A stretch of DNA of 64,000 bases, from assembly GCA_024742405.1 (NCBI GenBank), contig JANSYP010000008.1, positions 39,106 to 103,105 on the forward strand, written 5' to 3'. The position numbers were made by a program, and so were the translations under genes. Under the pieces are notes generated by a model. It saw only the letters and a list, made by a program, of their open reading frames with translations. It was not told the origin of the DNA and ran no database searches. This stretch comes from Paracoccaceae bacterium. Lineage in GTDB: Bacteria > Pseudomonadota > Alphaproteobacteria > Rhodobacterales > Rhodobacteraceae. Positions 26,298 to 36,095 of this stretch are shown in pieces (the stretch's first letter is position 1; every line of letters starts with the position of its first letter).

Positions 26298-26668
26298 ACG
26301 ACCATCTCCCTCGACAATGATCCTGCAAACTCAAGTATCAAAGCGTCCGGCGCAACCAGTTCGACTCCGCCCGCCTCCCGCAAAGCCCATGATCACAGGC
26401 ATCTCTGGTTGATCCGAAGTCCTCAAATTCGACCCAATGCTGTCGTTCAACCCGGTCGACAACCTCGTGGCTACTCTCGCATGGCGGACATTTTTGCGAC
26501 GCGAAAACCAGATGTGCACTGCAGGGCCGCGGACCTATGTCGGCACTGCATGATTTCGACGGGGACTCTTGATTGTCGAGGGCCTAGGGTGATGGAAATC
26601 AGGTGCCGACCGTGCCGGTCCTCGGTCCGGGTCGGAACCACCTGGTCTCACAAGGAGCGAGCACCATA

Positions 26669-27082
26669 GTGGATCTCACCCGGCTCATCTACGTCTCACA
26701 ACCCTTCGGATTTGACGATGCCATTCTGAGCGGCATCTTGCTCGACGCTCGAAAGAACAACAAACGGGACAGCATTACCGGAGCACTCGTTTGCCGACAG
26801 GACATCTACCTGCAGCTTCTTGAGGGTCCCGAGACGGAAGTACTGGCGGCGTTCGAGCGTATCAGCCGAGATGACCGACATCTCGAGATTAGAAAACTGG
26901 TGTCGAGGCCCGTTCATGACCGCATCTTCGGAGATTGGGCGATGCTTCACGACCCTGCGAAGTCTTGGATCTGGACCCAGTCGGAACTGTCTGAGGGAGC
27001 CTTGGACAACGCGACCCCGGAAGAGATCGAGAAGGTGTTTGAAAACCTTGCCGAGAGGGTAAAAAACGTCTCCTCAGTTTAG
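26669..27082 (+). CDS. Short BLUF-domain blue-light photoreceptor
   Basis: GTG at 26669, 8 nt after AAGGAG, inside track ORF 26603..27082. LIYVSQP...ILLDARKNNKRDSITGALVCRQDIYLQLLEGPETEVLAAFERISRDDRH...F.DWAM is the BLUF signature. Confidence 0.8.
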   Translation: MDLTRLIYVSQPFGFDDAILSGILLDARKNNKRDSITGALVCRQDIYLQLLEGPETEVLAAFERISRDDRHLEIRKLVSRPVHDRIFGDWAMLHDPAKSWIWTQSELSEGALDNATPEEIEKVFENLAERVKNVSSV

Positions 27083-27493
27083 CGGATCCGGTCCTTTCCG
27101 GGCATTGCGCGCATCAGGATGCTGCGATGCCGCTTCACCAAAACGGCCGTTCACGAAGCGGATCGCATTCCTCATAGCGCTTGGGTCAGGAGGCGGATGG
27201 TGTGCGATTTTGCTGAACTCGTCCCTTCCTCATCGCCTCTGCACGCGGGTTGAATGTCTTGTCTGGCCGCCGCTGGGTGGGGTCCGGTACGGACCGGCGT
27301 GGATGATGGTTTGCTCGTCGATCGAAGGACGAGCCCGTTCGAAAACTAGGTCAAACCGCACGGTGCGACCGGGTACAGGCTGCCGGCCGTCTCGCATTGT
27401 CTCAATGGCACTGCCAGCCCGTCATCGTGAGAAAAAGCAATGACTCTCTGAGGTGGTCGCACCTTGCCGGACAGTTTCGCAGGTTTGCTCGGT

Positions 27494-28020
27494 TCAGTCG
27501 CTCCAAGCCTGCGAACTGCGCGTCGTCCTGTGTCCTCCCAGCAAGCGCTGAGCAAGGTCTTTGAGTCTTTCAGAGGGCCGTTCCTTTTTTGAGGACACGG
27601 CAAGCTTGGAAGTCATCCGAATTTCGCCGAGATAAAACTCCTTGTGCTCAGGTGACCGCCCAAACCGCTTGACGAAGATATTGTCTGGGTGCTTGCCACG
27701 ACAGTCCATTGAGAGTCGTATGCCCGCTTCGGTCAGCGGAGATCCCCAGCACCTCGGTGAACTGCGACCCCTTTTCCGTACTCGTAATCGCGGTCGGCCC
27801 GGGTTTGGCAATGACTAAATCTAGCGCGTCGGCACAAAAACCTGCCTGCCTCATGTGGCTGAGCCGCCCGCGCAGAATCCTTCACGTCGCCCAGTCCGCG
27901 ATCGCGACCAACGACAGAAGCCGGATTTGACAGGTGCGAACGCGAGGTCTGCACAGTAAACCCGGTTCGGGCGATCTAAGACCATCGGTTTTAGCGGGTA
28001 GAGACAAACAGGATTGTACA
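27494..28020 (-). mobile_element. IS3-family transposase OrfB remnant (multiple frameshifts)
   Basis: Pieces lie in three frames: DRPNRVYCADLAFAPVKSGF, TEKGSQFTEVLG, LTEAGIRLSMDCRGKHPDNIFVKRFGRSPEHKEFYL. These are DDE integrase-core motifs of IS3-type OrfB. Confidence 0.55.
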
Positions 28021-28099
28021 GATTACGTTGGCTCGTCCGTCGGCGATTGCAGATGGTATCCAAGTCGAGCGGCGCGATCAGACGTGTTCGTTTTGCGTG

Positions 28100-28559
28100 T
28101 TGGTGCATGACGGGCCTCTGATCCGTCGGGAGGAGGGTTTCGGGTGCCGGTGGGTGGTCGGCGAGGGCGCTGTGCGGCCTGGCAATCCTGTCGTGCCGCC
28201 GCCAGGTTATCGAGGGTGATCTGGAACGCTCGCAACGAGCGGAGGATCTCCCGGTTGAGCAGCTCCCCGCGGAACCGGGCAGTGACGCGCTCCACGTCGC
28301 CGGTTTCCCAAGGTGAGCCGGGGTCGATGCAGACGGCCGTCGCACCGAGGGCGGCAATCCGGTCCCGAGCCGCCCGGGCCCCCATCCCACCATCCTGTCG
28401 CCTCCTGTCGTCGTGGGTCTGCGACGCTATGTGCACCTCGCGGACCCCATCGACGCGCGCCACGCCTTGCCCGAAGAAAGCGTCAGCCAGACGCAGCTTC
28501 GCGCCAATTTCCTCGCGCTTGTCTCCCTCGTGCGCCATTCCGGCTCCTCCCTTCGCCAA
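28100..28559 (-). mobile_element. Second transposase (integrase-core) remnant
   Basis: CIDPGSPWETGDVERVTARFRGELLNREILRSLRAFQI, and in another frame RPHSALADHPPAPE: the C-terminal part of an rve-type transposase. Confidence 0.5.
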
Positions 28560-28592
28560 CCACCGAAGTGGAGCAGTTCAGATTCGTTGGCA

Positions 28593-28952
28593 TCAGTTGA
28601 ACCCGCCTTGCGTCGCCGTCCAGATCGGGCCCGAAAGCCAGCGTTCGATGGTGGCGACGGAGAGGGCAGGGGCGCTGCCGGTTGGCGCCGCGAGATCCGC
28701 TGCGTACAAGCCGACCAGCTTGGGGGATGAGGGCACGGGATCCGCCCCGCCAATCCGGCACCGACGAGTAAAATGGGACCGATCTGCTTTGTGGGCTCTC
28801 ACAGAGTTCTTGGAGGCGGCGTTACGGACATAGCCTCTTGTGGGTTCTACCACTCGATCAAGGCTGCCTGAGCCGGCAACATGCGCGGGCAGAATGTTGT
28901 CATCGGCGGTGTCCTGTGCCACTTCGGCGAGCCGGTTTTCTCCGTTTTTCAT
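28593..28952 (-). pseudogene. N-terminal (SAM-like domain) fragment of a tyrosine recombinase/integrase
   Basis: SVRAHKADRSHFTRRCRIGGADPVPSSPKLVGLYAADLA....SVATIERWLS resembles the integrase N-terminal domain. There is no catalytic domain; it is cut off next to the IS debris. Confidence 0.5.
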
Positions 28953-28989
28953 ACTTACTGTCTATGACGGTTCCATGTGACGGGTGTAG

Positions 28990-29175
28990 GTGAACCTGAC
29001 GCTTGATGCCGAATTTGCGAAAACGGTGCGGGAGCTTTGTCTGAGCATGTCGCGCTTGGCGGATTCGGCGGTCTCGCAGGCTGCCAAGATCGACCGCAAC
29101 CGGCTTTGGCGCCAGAACAACCAAGCGCTGATCGATACATATGCCGAGGAAGTCGAACGGGATGGCTTGGCTTAG
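28990..29175 (+). CDS. ccdA: CcdA-family antitoxin
   Basis: ORF track, 61 aa (GTG start). ...RNRLWRQNNQALIDTYAEEVERDGLA matches the CcdA C-terminal pattern (W..EN..AI..YN..VE..G). Confidence 0.55.
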   Translation: MNLTLDAEFAKTVRELCLSMSRLADSAVSQAAKIDRNRLWRQNNQALIDTYAEEVERDGLA

Positions 29176-29208
29176 TTCCGTTTTCGAACCGTCTAGACGG
29201 CCGTCTTA

Positions 29209-29469
29209 ATGGCTCTGTTTGACCTCTTTCGCCTGACCGGCGGGCAGCTTGATGTCGATCTGCAACCGGATCTGATTGGCATCAATGCCTCGCGTATGGT
29301 GGACCCGTTGCGTGAGAAAAGCCGTTATGCGGCGTTTCCGGGTCTGACGCCCTCTGTCACTGTCGCGGGAAACGCGCTGAATCCCTCGAAACTGATGCCT
29401 TTAGGTCGGGGGCTGCGTTCTTGGTGCGTGATCGGCTGCTCACAGATCCGGCCCATGGTGTGCCCGTGA
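29209..29469 (+). CDS. ccdB: CcdB-family toxin (C-terminus possibly degenerate)
   Basis: ORF track, 86 aa. MALFDLFRLTGGQLDVDLQPDLIGINASRMVDPL resembles the CcdB N-terminus (M.QFDVY....Y.LDVQSDLL..L.TRVVVPL). Starts 33 nt after ccdA. Confidence 0.5.
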   Translation: MALFDLFRLTGGQLDVDLQPDLIGINASRMVDPLREKSRYAAFPGLTPSVTVAGNALNPSKLMPLGRGLRSWCVIGCSQIRPMVCP

Positions 29470-30580
29470 GGTCACCTGCCAACCGGCAGGCGCTGATGGC
29501 GGCCAAGGCTACCTCGAAACGTGAAGGACATACGGCGCGGCAGGGCAGTGTTCGCGACGCCTAGCATCTGACGTGCCAGGCGAGGCAAGGGGCCCGATGG
29601 TAAGCTCCTAGCCTTCTGGCGGGAGACTTCGAGTGTGTGATAGACGTTTTGCGATCTTGTAGGGCCGGACCTCGCTGTTGAAGCGGACGGGCAGGGGGCT
29701 GACCGGGTGATTCAGCAGCGCATTCTCGAGCCCCTTGAAGACACGATCCGACTGGCCCGTGAACTCGCCCACTGTGCTGGTGTGCTGCCCGCGCTGACGC
29801 CGAAGCTCCGAGCGAAGGGGTCTGACGCAGCCGTAGAACTCTTCCTGACAGAGAATGCGGTTGCGCCTGCATCGACGCTCTCGCCGCGCCTCCGCGGAAC
29901 GTCGATCTTTATGATCTCCCGCGCCGCTCGTCTCTTCTACGACCGTCGTGTTGGGCTTGGTGTTGCGCAGGAACTGACGGGTTGGCCGACCTTCCGGCTC
30001 TACGGGATCGCGCCATGACAGCAACAACCGGACGAAAGCCAGCCGAGTCGGACCGGAAGGTCTTCGACCCGGAGCTGGAGGACCTGACGTGCCTCCTTTA
30101 CATGGACCTGATGGCAAGTGGTCCGCGATCACCGTGTCCAAGGCGCCGAATGTATTCGTGACGACGGACCAGTTCGTCGCGACCTTGGCCTGACGTCGCT
30201 CCGCAACCTACCGGATCAGGAGGAGGTGGGTGGGGCGTGCAGGCTGTGAGCTCTCCCGTCGAGATCCGTCGCACAGATCCACGAGACGTCGCGCTGCTAT
30301 GTCCGGTCGAGACGTTGGGGATGATTGGCAAGCAGGACCATCTCCGGTCATAGCAGTGTGCTTCAAAGCCAACCTGAGAAACACCGAACCTAACATCCTG
30401 GGCCGTCAGGACCTGACTATCAAACGCTCACCGGACGCCGCTTTCGCCGACGAGCGCCGGACGCGTGTCGATGCTTTCGTGCGCGCAGATTTCGGCATCG
30501 CCAGGTCGTTGCGGCTGCTCCGCAACGAAACCGGGGGGCGATCTGAAACCGAGCTTGTCCACGTGCCGCACGTCTGTTTT

Positions 30581-30596
30581 ACAAATGTCGATTTGT
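30581..30596. promoter_or_regulatory. Palindrome ACAAAT-GTCG-ATTTGT upstream of the ABC operon
   Basis: Read directly, about 30 nt before the ATG at 30628. The neighbouring TTTTGACATTTGA partially repeats the half-site. Confidence 0.3.
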
Positions 30597-30627
30597 TTTG
30601 ACATTTGATAGGGGCGCGCGCTAGTCG

Positions 30628-32154
30628 ATGTTAGGCGAAGGGGAGATCGCCGCGATTTTGGGGGGAAACGATTTGTCCCAGGCTCTGCTTGAGGTTGTCG
30701 GGTTGCAAAAGAGTTTTGGCGGGGTGGTTGCGCTCAGCCACGGCGAATTCTCATTGCAGCCAGGCTCGGTCCACGCGCTGTGCGGTGGAAATGGCGCGGG
30801 CAAATCCACGTTTCTCACCATCGTCATGGGCATTCAGAGTCGTGATGCAGGCTCAATCCGCGTCAAGGGGCGGGTTGTTAACTTTGAGAGACCTCAGGAC
30901 GCGCTTGCTGCTGGGATCAGTATCATAGAACAAGAACTCAGCCCGGTTCCTGCGATGTCAGTGGCCGAGAACATTTACCTCGGGCGAGAACCGGTGCGGT
31001 TTCTTGGACGGGTCGATTTTGCCGCGATGAATCGCGATGCCCAGCGGCTGCTGGATGAGCTGAAATTCGCGATCTCGGCCAAGACTCTGATGATGGATCT
31101 CAGCGTTGCGGAGGTTCAGCTCGTCGAGATTGCCAAGGCGCTGTCCTATGATGCCGAGGTGATCATCATGGACGAGCCGACGTCGGCCCTGGGCGAAGCG
31201 GAGGCGGATCAGCTGTTTGCAGCGATCACCCGGCTGAAAGAGGCGGGCAAGGGCATCATATATGTCAGTCACCGGCTGTCGGAAATCTTTGAGATTGCGG
31301 ACAGTTACACCGTTTTCCGTGACGGCGCCTTTGTGGGGAGCGGCGCTCTGGCCGATGTAACACGTGATGATCTGATCCAGATGATCGTAGGCCGGACACT
31401 GAACGAAGAGTTCATCAAAGAGAACGAACCCATGGCTGAGATGGCGCTCTCGGTGTCCGGGCTGAATGCAGAAGGCGCCGTGCGCGATGTGTCCTTCAAC
31501 GTCCACCGAGGTGAGATCCTGGCACTCTACGGCCTTATGGGGTCGGGGCGGAGCGAGATTTTCGAGCGCCTCTTCGGTCTGACCGAGGACCGGGGCGGAG
31601 AAATACGTCTCTTCGGCGCGCCTGTCGATTTCCGATCACCCAAAGAGGCGATCGACATGGGGCTGGCCCTTGTCACCGAAGACCGCAAGGGTTCTGGCCT
31701 TGTGCTCACCAGCGATGTCCGCTCGAATATCTGCCTCACCCAGCTTGAACAGCTTTCCTTCGGGCCGGTGATGGAGCCTGCGCGCGAGGCCGATGCCGCG
31801 GAGCGGATGATCAACATGTTCAGGATAAAGACAGCGTCGGACCGGCTGGAAGTGTCGGATCTCTCGGGCGGAAACCAGCAGAAAGTCGTGCTCGGGAAGT
31901 GGTTCTTGACCAGCCCGAAGGTGTTGCTGCTCGACGAGCCGACACGCGGAGTAGACGTGGGCGCCAAGCGAGAGATTTACCGCATCATGTCGGACTTCGC
32001 CCAAGCAGGCGGTGCTATCGTGATGATCAGTTCGGAGACCGACGAAGTGCTCGGCATGGCGGACCGGGTCGTGGTGATGCGCGACGGGCGTGTCAGCGGC
32101 GAGGTTCCGCGCTCTGAGTTAAAAGCCGAAACACTCGTCCATCTGGCTGCCTAG
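30628..32154 (+). CDS. Sugar ABC transporter ATP-binding protein (two ABC domains, RbsA/MglA-like)
   Basis: ORF track, 508 aa. Walker A GGNGAGKST plus a second ABC half (LSGGNQQK). The start is uncertain (a TTG at 30673 is possible). Confidence 0.9.
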   Translation: MLGEGEIAAILGGNDLSQALLEVVGLQKSFGGVVALSHGEFSLQPGSVHALCGGNGAGKSTFLTIVMGIQSRDAGSIRVKGRVVNFERPQDALAAGISIIEQELSPVPAMSVAENIYLGREPVRFLGRVDFAAMNRDAQRLLDELKFAISAKTLMMDLSVAEVQLVEIAKALSYDAEVIIMDEPTSALGEAEADQLFAAITRLKEAGKGIIYVSHRLSEIFEIADSYTVFRDGAFVGSGALADVTRDDLIQMIVGRTLNEEFIKENEPMAEMALSVSGLNAEGAVRDVSFNVHRGEILALYGLMGSGRSEIFERLFGLTEDRGGEIRLFGAPVDFRSPKEAIDMGLALVTEDRKGSGLVLTSDVRSNICLTQLEQLSFGPVMEPAREADAAERMINMFRIKTASDRLEVSDLSGGNQQKVVLGKWFLTSPKVLLLDEPTRGVDVGAKREIYRIMSDFAQAGGAIVMISSETDEVLGMADRVVVMRDGRVSGEVPRSELKAETLVHLAA

Positions 32155-32158
32155 CTCG

Positions 32159-33175
32159 ATGGCGCAAGGAGCCCCCTCTATGTCGGCACGCTCGGACAGG
32201 GCCCGCGACCTGAAGACGCTCGCGGCGCGATATGGTCAGAAATACGGGATCCTCGCGGCTCTGGTGCTGGTCTGCTTAGCGCTGACCGTTGCGAACGAGT
32301 TTTTTCTGACGCCGCGCAACATCGTCAACGTGCTGCGGCAGGCCTCGATCAACGGAATTCTCGCGATCGGCATGACGTTTGTCATCCTGACCCGCGGAAT
32401 AGATCTGTCGGTGGGCTCAGTCGTAGCTTTGGCTGGGGTGGTGTCGGCGTCTTTGGCAACGACTTCGTCGACCGCTGGCGCCCTGGGCGGACCATATCCG
32501 GCATTGATAGCGCTTTCGGCAGGTTTGCTTGTGGGGATCGCCTGTGGCTGGGTGAATGGGGTCATCGTGGCCCGTTTCAGCGTGCCGGCATTCGTGGCGA
32601 CGCTTGGCATGCTCTCCGCAGCGCGAGGGATCACTCTGCTCTATGCGGATGGGCGCCCAGTCCCGGCCCTGACCGATGGATACCGCTATATCGGACGGGG
32701 CGATATCTTTGGCATTCCACTGCCTGTGGTGCTGTTCGCGCTCGTCTTTGTCTCCGCAGTATGGGTGCTGAACTACACCCGCTTCGGCCGTTGTATCTAC
32801 GCGGTGGGTGGCAATCCCCACGCAGCGCGGGTCTCGGGCATCAATGTCCGGCAAGTCAAGATCGGCGTTTACATGATTGCCGGGGCCCTGGCCGGTCTGG
32901 CGGGGATGCTCCTGGCCGCAAGGACCGGCTCTGCGCTGCCCCAGGCGGGCATCGCTTACGAACTCGACGCTATTGCTGCCGTAGTGATTGGCGGTACTTC
33001 GCTCGCCGGTGGAGTCGGTCGTGTGACCGGCACTCTCATCGGGGCGCTGTTGATTGCGGTGGTCAATAACGGGCTCGATCTGATGGGGGTCGAGTCCTAC
33101 TACCAGCAGGTCATCAAAGGCGCCCTGATCGTGGCCGCCGTGATGCTCGACCAAGCCCGACACAAATCGACTTAG
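32159..33175 (+). CDS. Sugar ABC transporter permease (RbsC-like)
   Basis: ORF track, 338 aa. Polytopic, with GIDLSVGS and GGTSLAGG motifs. Confidence 0.9.
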   Translation: MAQGAPSMSARSDRARDLKTLAARYGQKYGILAALVLVCLALTVANEFFLTPRNIVNVLRQASINGILAIGMTFVILTRGIDLSVGSVVALAGVVSASLATTSSTAGALGGPYPALIALSAGLLVGIACGWVNGVIVARFSVPAFVATLGMLSAARGITLLYADGRPVPALTDGYRYIGRGDIFGIPLPVVLFALVFVSAVWVLNYTRFGRCIYAVGGNPHAARVSGINVRQVKIGVYMIAGALAGLAGMLLAARTGSALPQAGIAYELDAIAAVVIGGTSLAGGVGRVTGTLIGALLIAVVNNGLDLMGVESYYQQVIKGALIVAAVMLDQARHKST

Positions 33176-33251
33176 ACAAAACAGAGGCGAAGGGACTGTC
33201 TTTCCGAGAGCAAACCGAAACACCGTGCTTACACCAAGGAGGAGATGCACA

Positions 33252-34238
33252 ATGCCGAAACTACTGAAAGCCTTGACCCTATCGACGGCCCTACTTTCCG
33301 CCACGGCAGCCGTTGCCGATGACGACATCAAGGTCGGTGCCGCAGTCTACGGGTTGAATGCGGAGTTCATGCAAATCTGGTCGGCCGCCTTGGAAGAGCA
33401 CCCAGCCGTTAAAGAAGGGATGGTTGACCTCACGATTTTCGACGGCCGCTATGACGCGCTGGTGCAACAGGACCAGTTCGAGACCATGATCACCCAAGGT
33501 TTCGACGCAATCATCTTCGTGCCGATCGATGTTGAGGCCGGTGCCGCCGCGGTCGAAGCGGCCCATGAGGCAGGCATCCCTGTCTTCGGGTCCAATACCC
33601 GGGTGAACAGCGACCTCTTGAATGCGTATGTCGGCTCAGACGATGTGCAGTCGGGCTACATGGAAGCCAAATATGTGCTCGATCAGATAGGATGCACTGG
33701 CAACGTCGTCATCATCGAAGGCCCCATCGGTCAGTCGGCACAGATCCAGCGTCTGGAAGGCAACGAAAAAGCGTTGGCTGAATGTCCGGACGTCAAGGTG
33801 CTGGAGCAGCAGACCGCCAACTGGTCGCGGGCCGAGGCACAGACCCTCATGGAAAACTGGCTGACCGCCCATCCCGGCGAGATCAATGGCGTGATTGGTC
33901 AGAACGACGAGATGGCCCTGGGTGCGATCGAAGCGATCAAAGCCGCGGGTCTCGACGTCAGTGATTTCGCCATTGCCGGGATCGACGGGGTGACCGACGC
34001 GCTGCTTGCGGTGAAGTCCAACGAGATGGCTTCTATCCTGCAGGACGGTGCGGCCCAGGCTCAAGGCGCGCTCGACCTCGCGCTCAAGGCGATCAACAGC
34101 GACTATGAACCCATGTCGGAAATCTGGGAACAGTATCCGGACATGCCGTGGAACAACGGCGCCGACCCCGAGTACAGTGTGCCGTGGACGCCGGTCACCA
34201 TGGAAAATGTCGACGACTTGCTTGCCAAGCGCCAATAG
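33252..34238 (+). CDS. Sugar/polyol ABC transporter periplasmic binding protein (RbsB-like)
   Basis: In-frame ATG at 33252 after AGGAGGAGA. Signal peptide MPKLLKALTLSTALLSATAAVA. Confidence 0.88.
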   Translation: MPKLLKALTLSTALLSATAAVADDDIKVGAAVYGLNAEFMQIWSAALEEHPAVKEGMVDLTIFDGRYDALVQQDQFETMITQGFDAIIFVPIDVEAGAAAVEAAHEAGIPVFGSNTRVNSDLLNAYVGSDDVQSGYMEAKYVLDQIGCTGNVVIIEGPIGQSAQIQRLEGNEKALAECPDVKVLEQQTANWSRAEAQTLMENWLTAHPGEINGVIGQNDEMALGAIEAIKAAGLDVSDFAIAGIDGVTDALLAVKSNEMASILQDGAAQAQGALDLALKAINSDYEPMSEIWEQYPDMPWNNGADPEYSVPWTPVTMENVDDLLAKRQ

Positions 34239-34308
34239 ACAGCCCTGCTCTGTCCCGGCGTTTGCCGCGTTCGGGGCAGAGCTATTCTGACAGCAAGGGA
34301 CAAATGCC

Positions 34309-35079
34309 ATGCCGACGACCGGACCCGAGGCCCTCGACTTTACATATCCGCTGGAGGGGAAGACCGCTCTGGTAACCGGCGCGGCTTCCGGCATTGGCGC
34401 GTCGATTGCGGAGGCCTTGGACGAAAAGGGTGTCCGGGTGGCGGTGCTGGACCTCGACAAGGACGCCGCTGCGCAGAAAGCTGAAACGCTCAAAGAGGCG
34501 ATTGCAGTCCACTGCGACGTGGCGGATGCGGCTTCGGTCCAAGCTGCTGTGAGCCAGGTTGCGATGAGCTTTGGGCATGTCGACATCCTCGTCAACTGCG
34601 CCGGGATCGTCGATCTCGCCCCTGCTGAAGAGCTGTCTTTGAGTGCCTGGCAACGCACCCTCGATATCAATCTGACTGGCAGTTTCCTGGTCGCACAAGC
34701 CGTGGGGCGCTTGATGATCGCGCGCGGCAGCGGGCGGGTAATCAACATGGCCTCACAGGCGGGTACGGTCGCCATCAACGAACACGTGGCTTACTGCGCG
34801 TCCAAATTCGGGGTGATCGGGCTGACGAAAACCTTGGCGGCGGAGTGGGGCAAGCACGGGGTTACCGTGAATTCCATTTCGCCCACTGTGGTGCTCACCG
34901 AACTCGGCAAGACCGCCTGGGCCGGAGAAAAAGGTGAAGCGGCGATCAAGCAAATCCCTTCGGGTCGGTTCGCCGAGCCGGTGGAGATTGCTGCCGCGGC
35001 GGTGTTTCTCGCCTCTGATGCCGCGGCAATGATCAATGGTGCGGATCTCATTGTCGATGGTGGCTACACGGTCAAGTAA
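34309..35079 (+). CDS. SDR-family polyol/sugar dehydrogenase
   Basis: ORF track, 256 aa. TGAASGIG cofactor motif and YCASK catalytic motif. Confidence 0.9.
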   Translation: MPTTGPEALDFTYPLEGKTALVTGAASGIGASIAEALDEKGVRVAVLDLDKDAAAQKAETLKEAIAVHCDVADAASVQAAVSQVAMSFGHVDILVNCAGIVDLAPAEELSLSAWQRTLDINLTGSFLVAQAVGRLMIARGSGRVINMASQAGTVAINEHVAYCASKFGVIGLTKTLAAEWGKHGVTVNSISPTVVLTELGKTAWAGEKGEAAIKQIPSGRFAEPVEIAAAAVFLASDAAAMINGADLIVDGGYTVK

Positions 35080-35086
35080 GGACAAA

Positions 35087-36082
35087 ATGATGCAGCGTTT
35101 TCTCAATGACCCCGACAACATCGTGGATGAGACTGTGGCGGGTTTTGTGCGCGCCCATAGCGATATCGTCCAGCTTGATCCGAACAATTCGCGGGTCGTG
35201 GTTTCGCGTTTCGCCGGCGGGGAAAACCGCGTCGGGATCGTGACGGGCGGTGGCTCCGGCCATGAGCCCGCGTTTCTCGGCTATGCTGGCAAGAACATGG
35301 TCGATGCAGTGGCCGTGGGCGAGATCTTTTCCTCTCCCACCGCCAAGAGCTTTCACGATGCCATCAAGGCGGCCGATGGGGGCGCCGGCGTTGCGGTTCT
35401 CTACGGCAACTACGCCGGCGACAACATGAACGTGAAGATGGCGCAAAAGATGGCCGGTAAGGACGGCGTCGATGTACAAACCGTCGTAGCCAACGACGAT
35501 GTCTGTTCGGCACCGCTCGAAGAACGCGAAAAGCGCCGCGGTGTGGCGGGCGAGATCTTCATGTGGAAAGTCGGTGGCGCCATGGCGGCAACTGGCGCGT
35601 CACTGCCTGCCGTGATCACTGCCGCGCAAAAGGCCATCAACAACTGCCGGTCGGTGGGGCTCGGGCTCGGGCCATGCACGCTGCCCGCGGTTGGGCATCC
35701 GAACTTCGAAATTGCAGCCGGCAAAATGGAGGTCGGGATCGGCCACCACGGCGAACCCGGCACACATGTTGAGGACTTGCGATCGGCTAACGAGATTGCC
35801 GACGACATGGTCAAGCTGGTCTTGGACGACCATGACTTGCCTGCGGGAACGGAGGTCGCAGTGCTTGTGTCTGGGTTGGGCGCAACACCAGTCAACGAGC
35901 TCTACGTGCTCTATGATCGCATCGCGGGGCAAATCGAGGCACGAGGCCTAACACTTTATCGGAGCCTCGTTGGGAACTACTTCACCTCGCTGGAGATGGT
36001 CGGAGCGACGCTTACGGTTATGGCCCTGGATGATGAACTGAAGACGCTTCTTGATACGGACACAATCAGTCCGGGCTATTGA
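35087..36082 (+). CDS. dhaK: Dihydroxyacetone-kinase-type subunit DhaK
   Basis: In-frame ATG at 35087. Motifs GGGSGHEPAF, YAGDNMNV, MEVGIGHHGEPG. Confidence 0.9.
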   Translation: MMQRFLNDPDNIVDETVAGFVRAHSDIVQLDPNNSRVVVSRFAGGENRVGIVTGGGSGHEPAFLGYAGKNMVDAVAVGEIFSSPTAKSFHDAIKAADGGAGVAVLYGNYAGDNMNVKMAQKMAGKDGVDVQTVVANDDVCSAPLEEREKRRGVAGEIFMWKVGGAMAATGASLPAVITAAQKAINNCRSVGLGLGPCTLPAVGHPNFEIAAGKMEVGIGHHGEPGTHVEDLRSANEIADDMVKLVLDDHDLPAGTEVAVLVSGLGATPVNELYVLYDRIAGQIEARGLTLYRSLVGNYFTSLEMVGATLTVMALDDELKTLLDTDTISPGY

Positions 36083-36095
36083 AGGAGGGCCGCCA

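Noticed and set aside
25248-26669. 473-aa plus-strand ORF
   Set aside because: It is antisense to the ParB-like and ArsC-like genes. It is rich in Cys/Arg/Ser, has no recognisable domain and runs into the BLUF upstream region.
29561-30141. Overlapping ORFs 29608..30141 (-), 29561..29872 (-) and 29707..30018 (+)
   Set aside because: I compared first- and third-position GC of the opposing frames by hand and neither stands out. No family motif was recognised. This is probably degraded mobile-element DNA.
30427-30604. 58-codon minus-strand ORF (MSKQIDICKTDVRHVDKLGF...) divergent from the ABC operon
   Set aside because: It is short, has no homology that I recognise, and overlaps the palindrome and promoter region. 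It is kept only as a note.
33636-34778. 380-aa minus-strand ORF
   Set aside because: It is antisense to the binding-protein and SDR genes and has no motifs.
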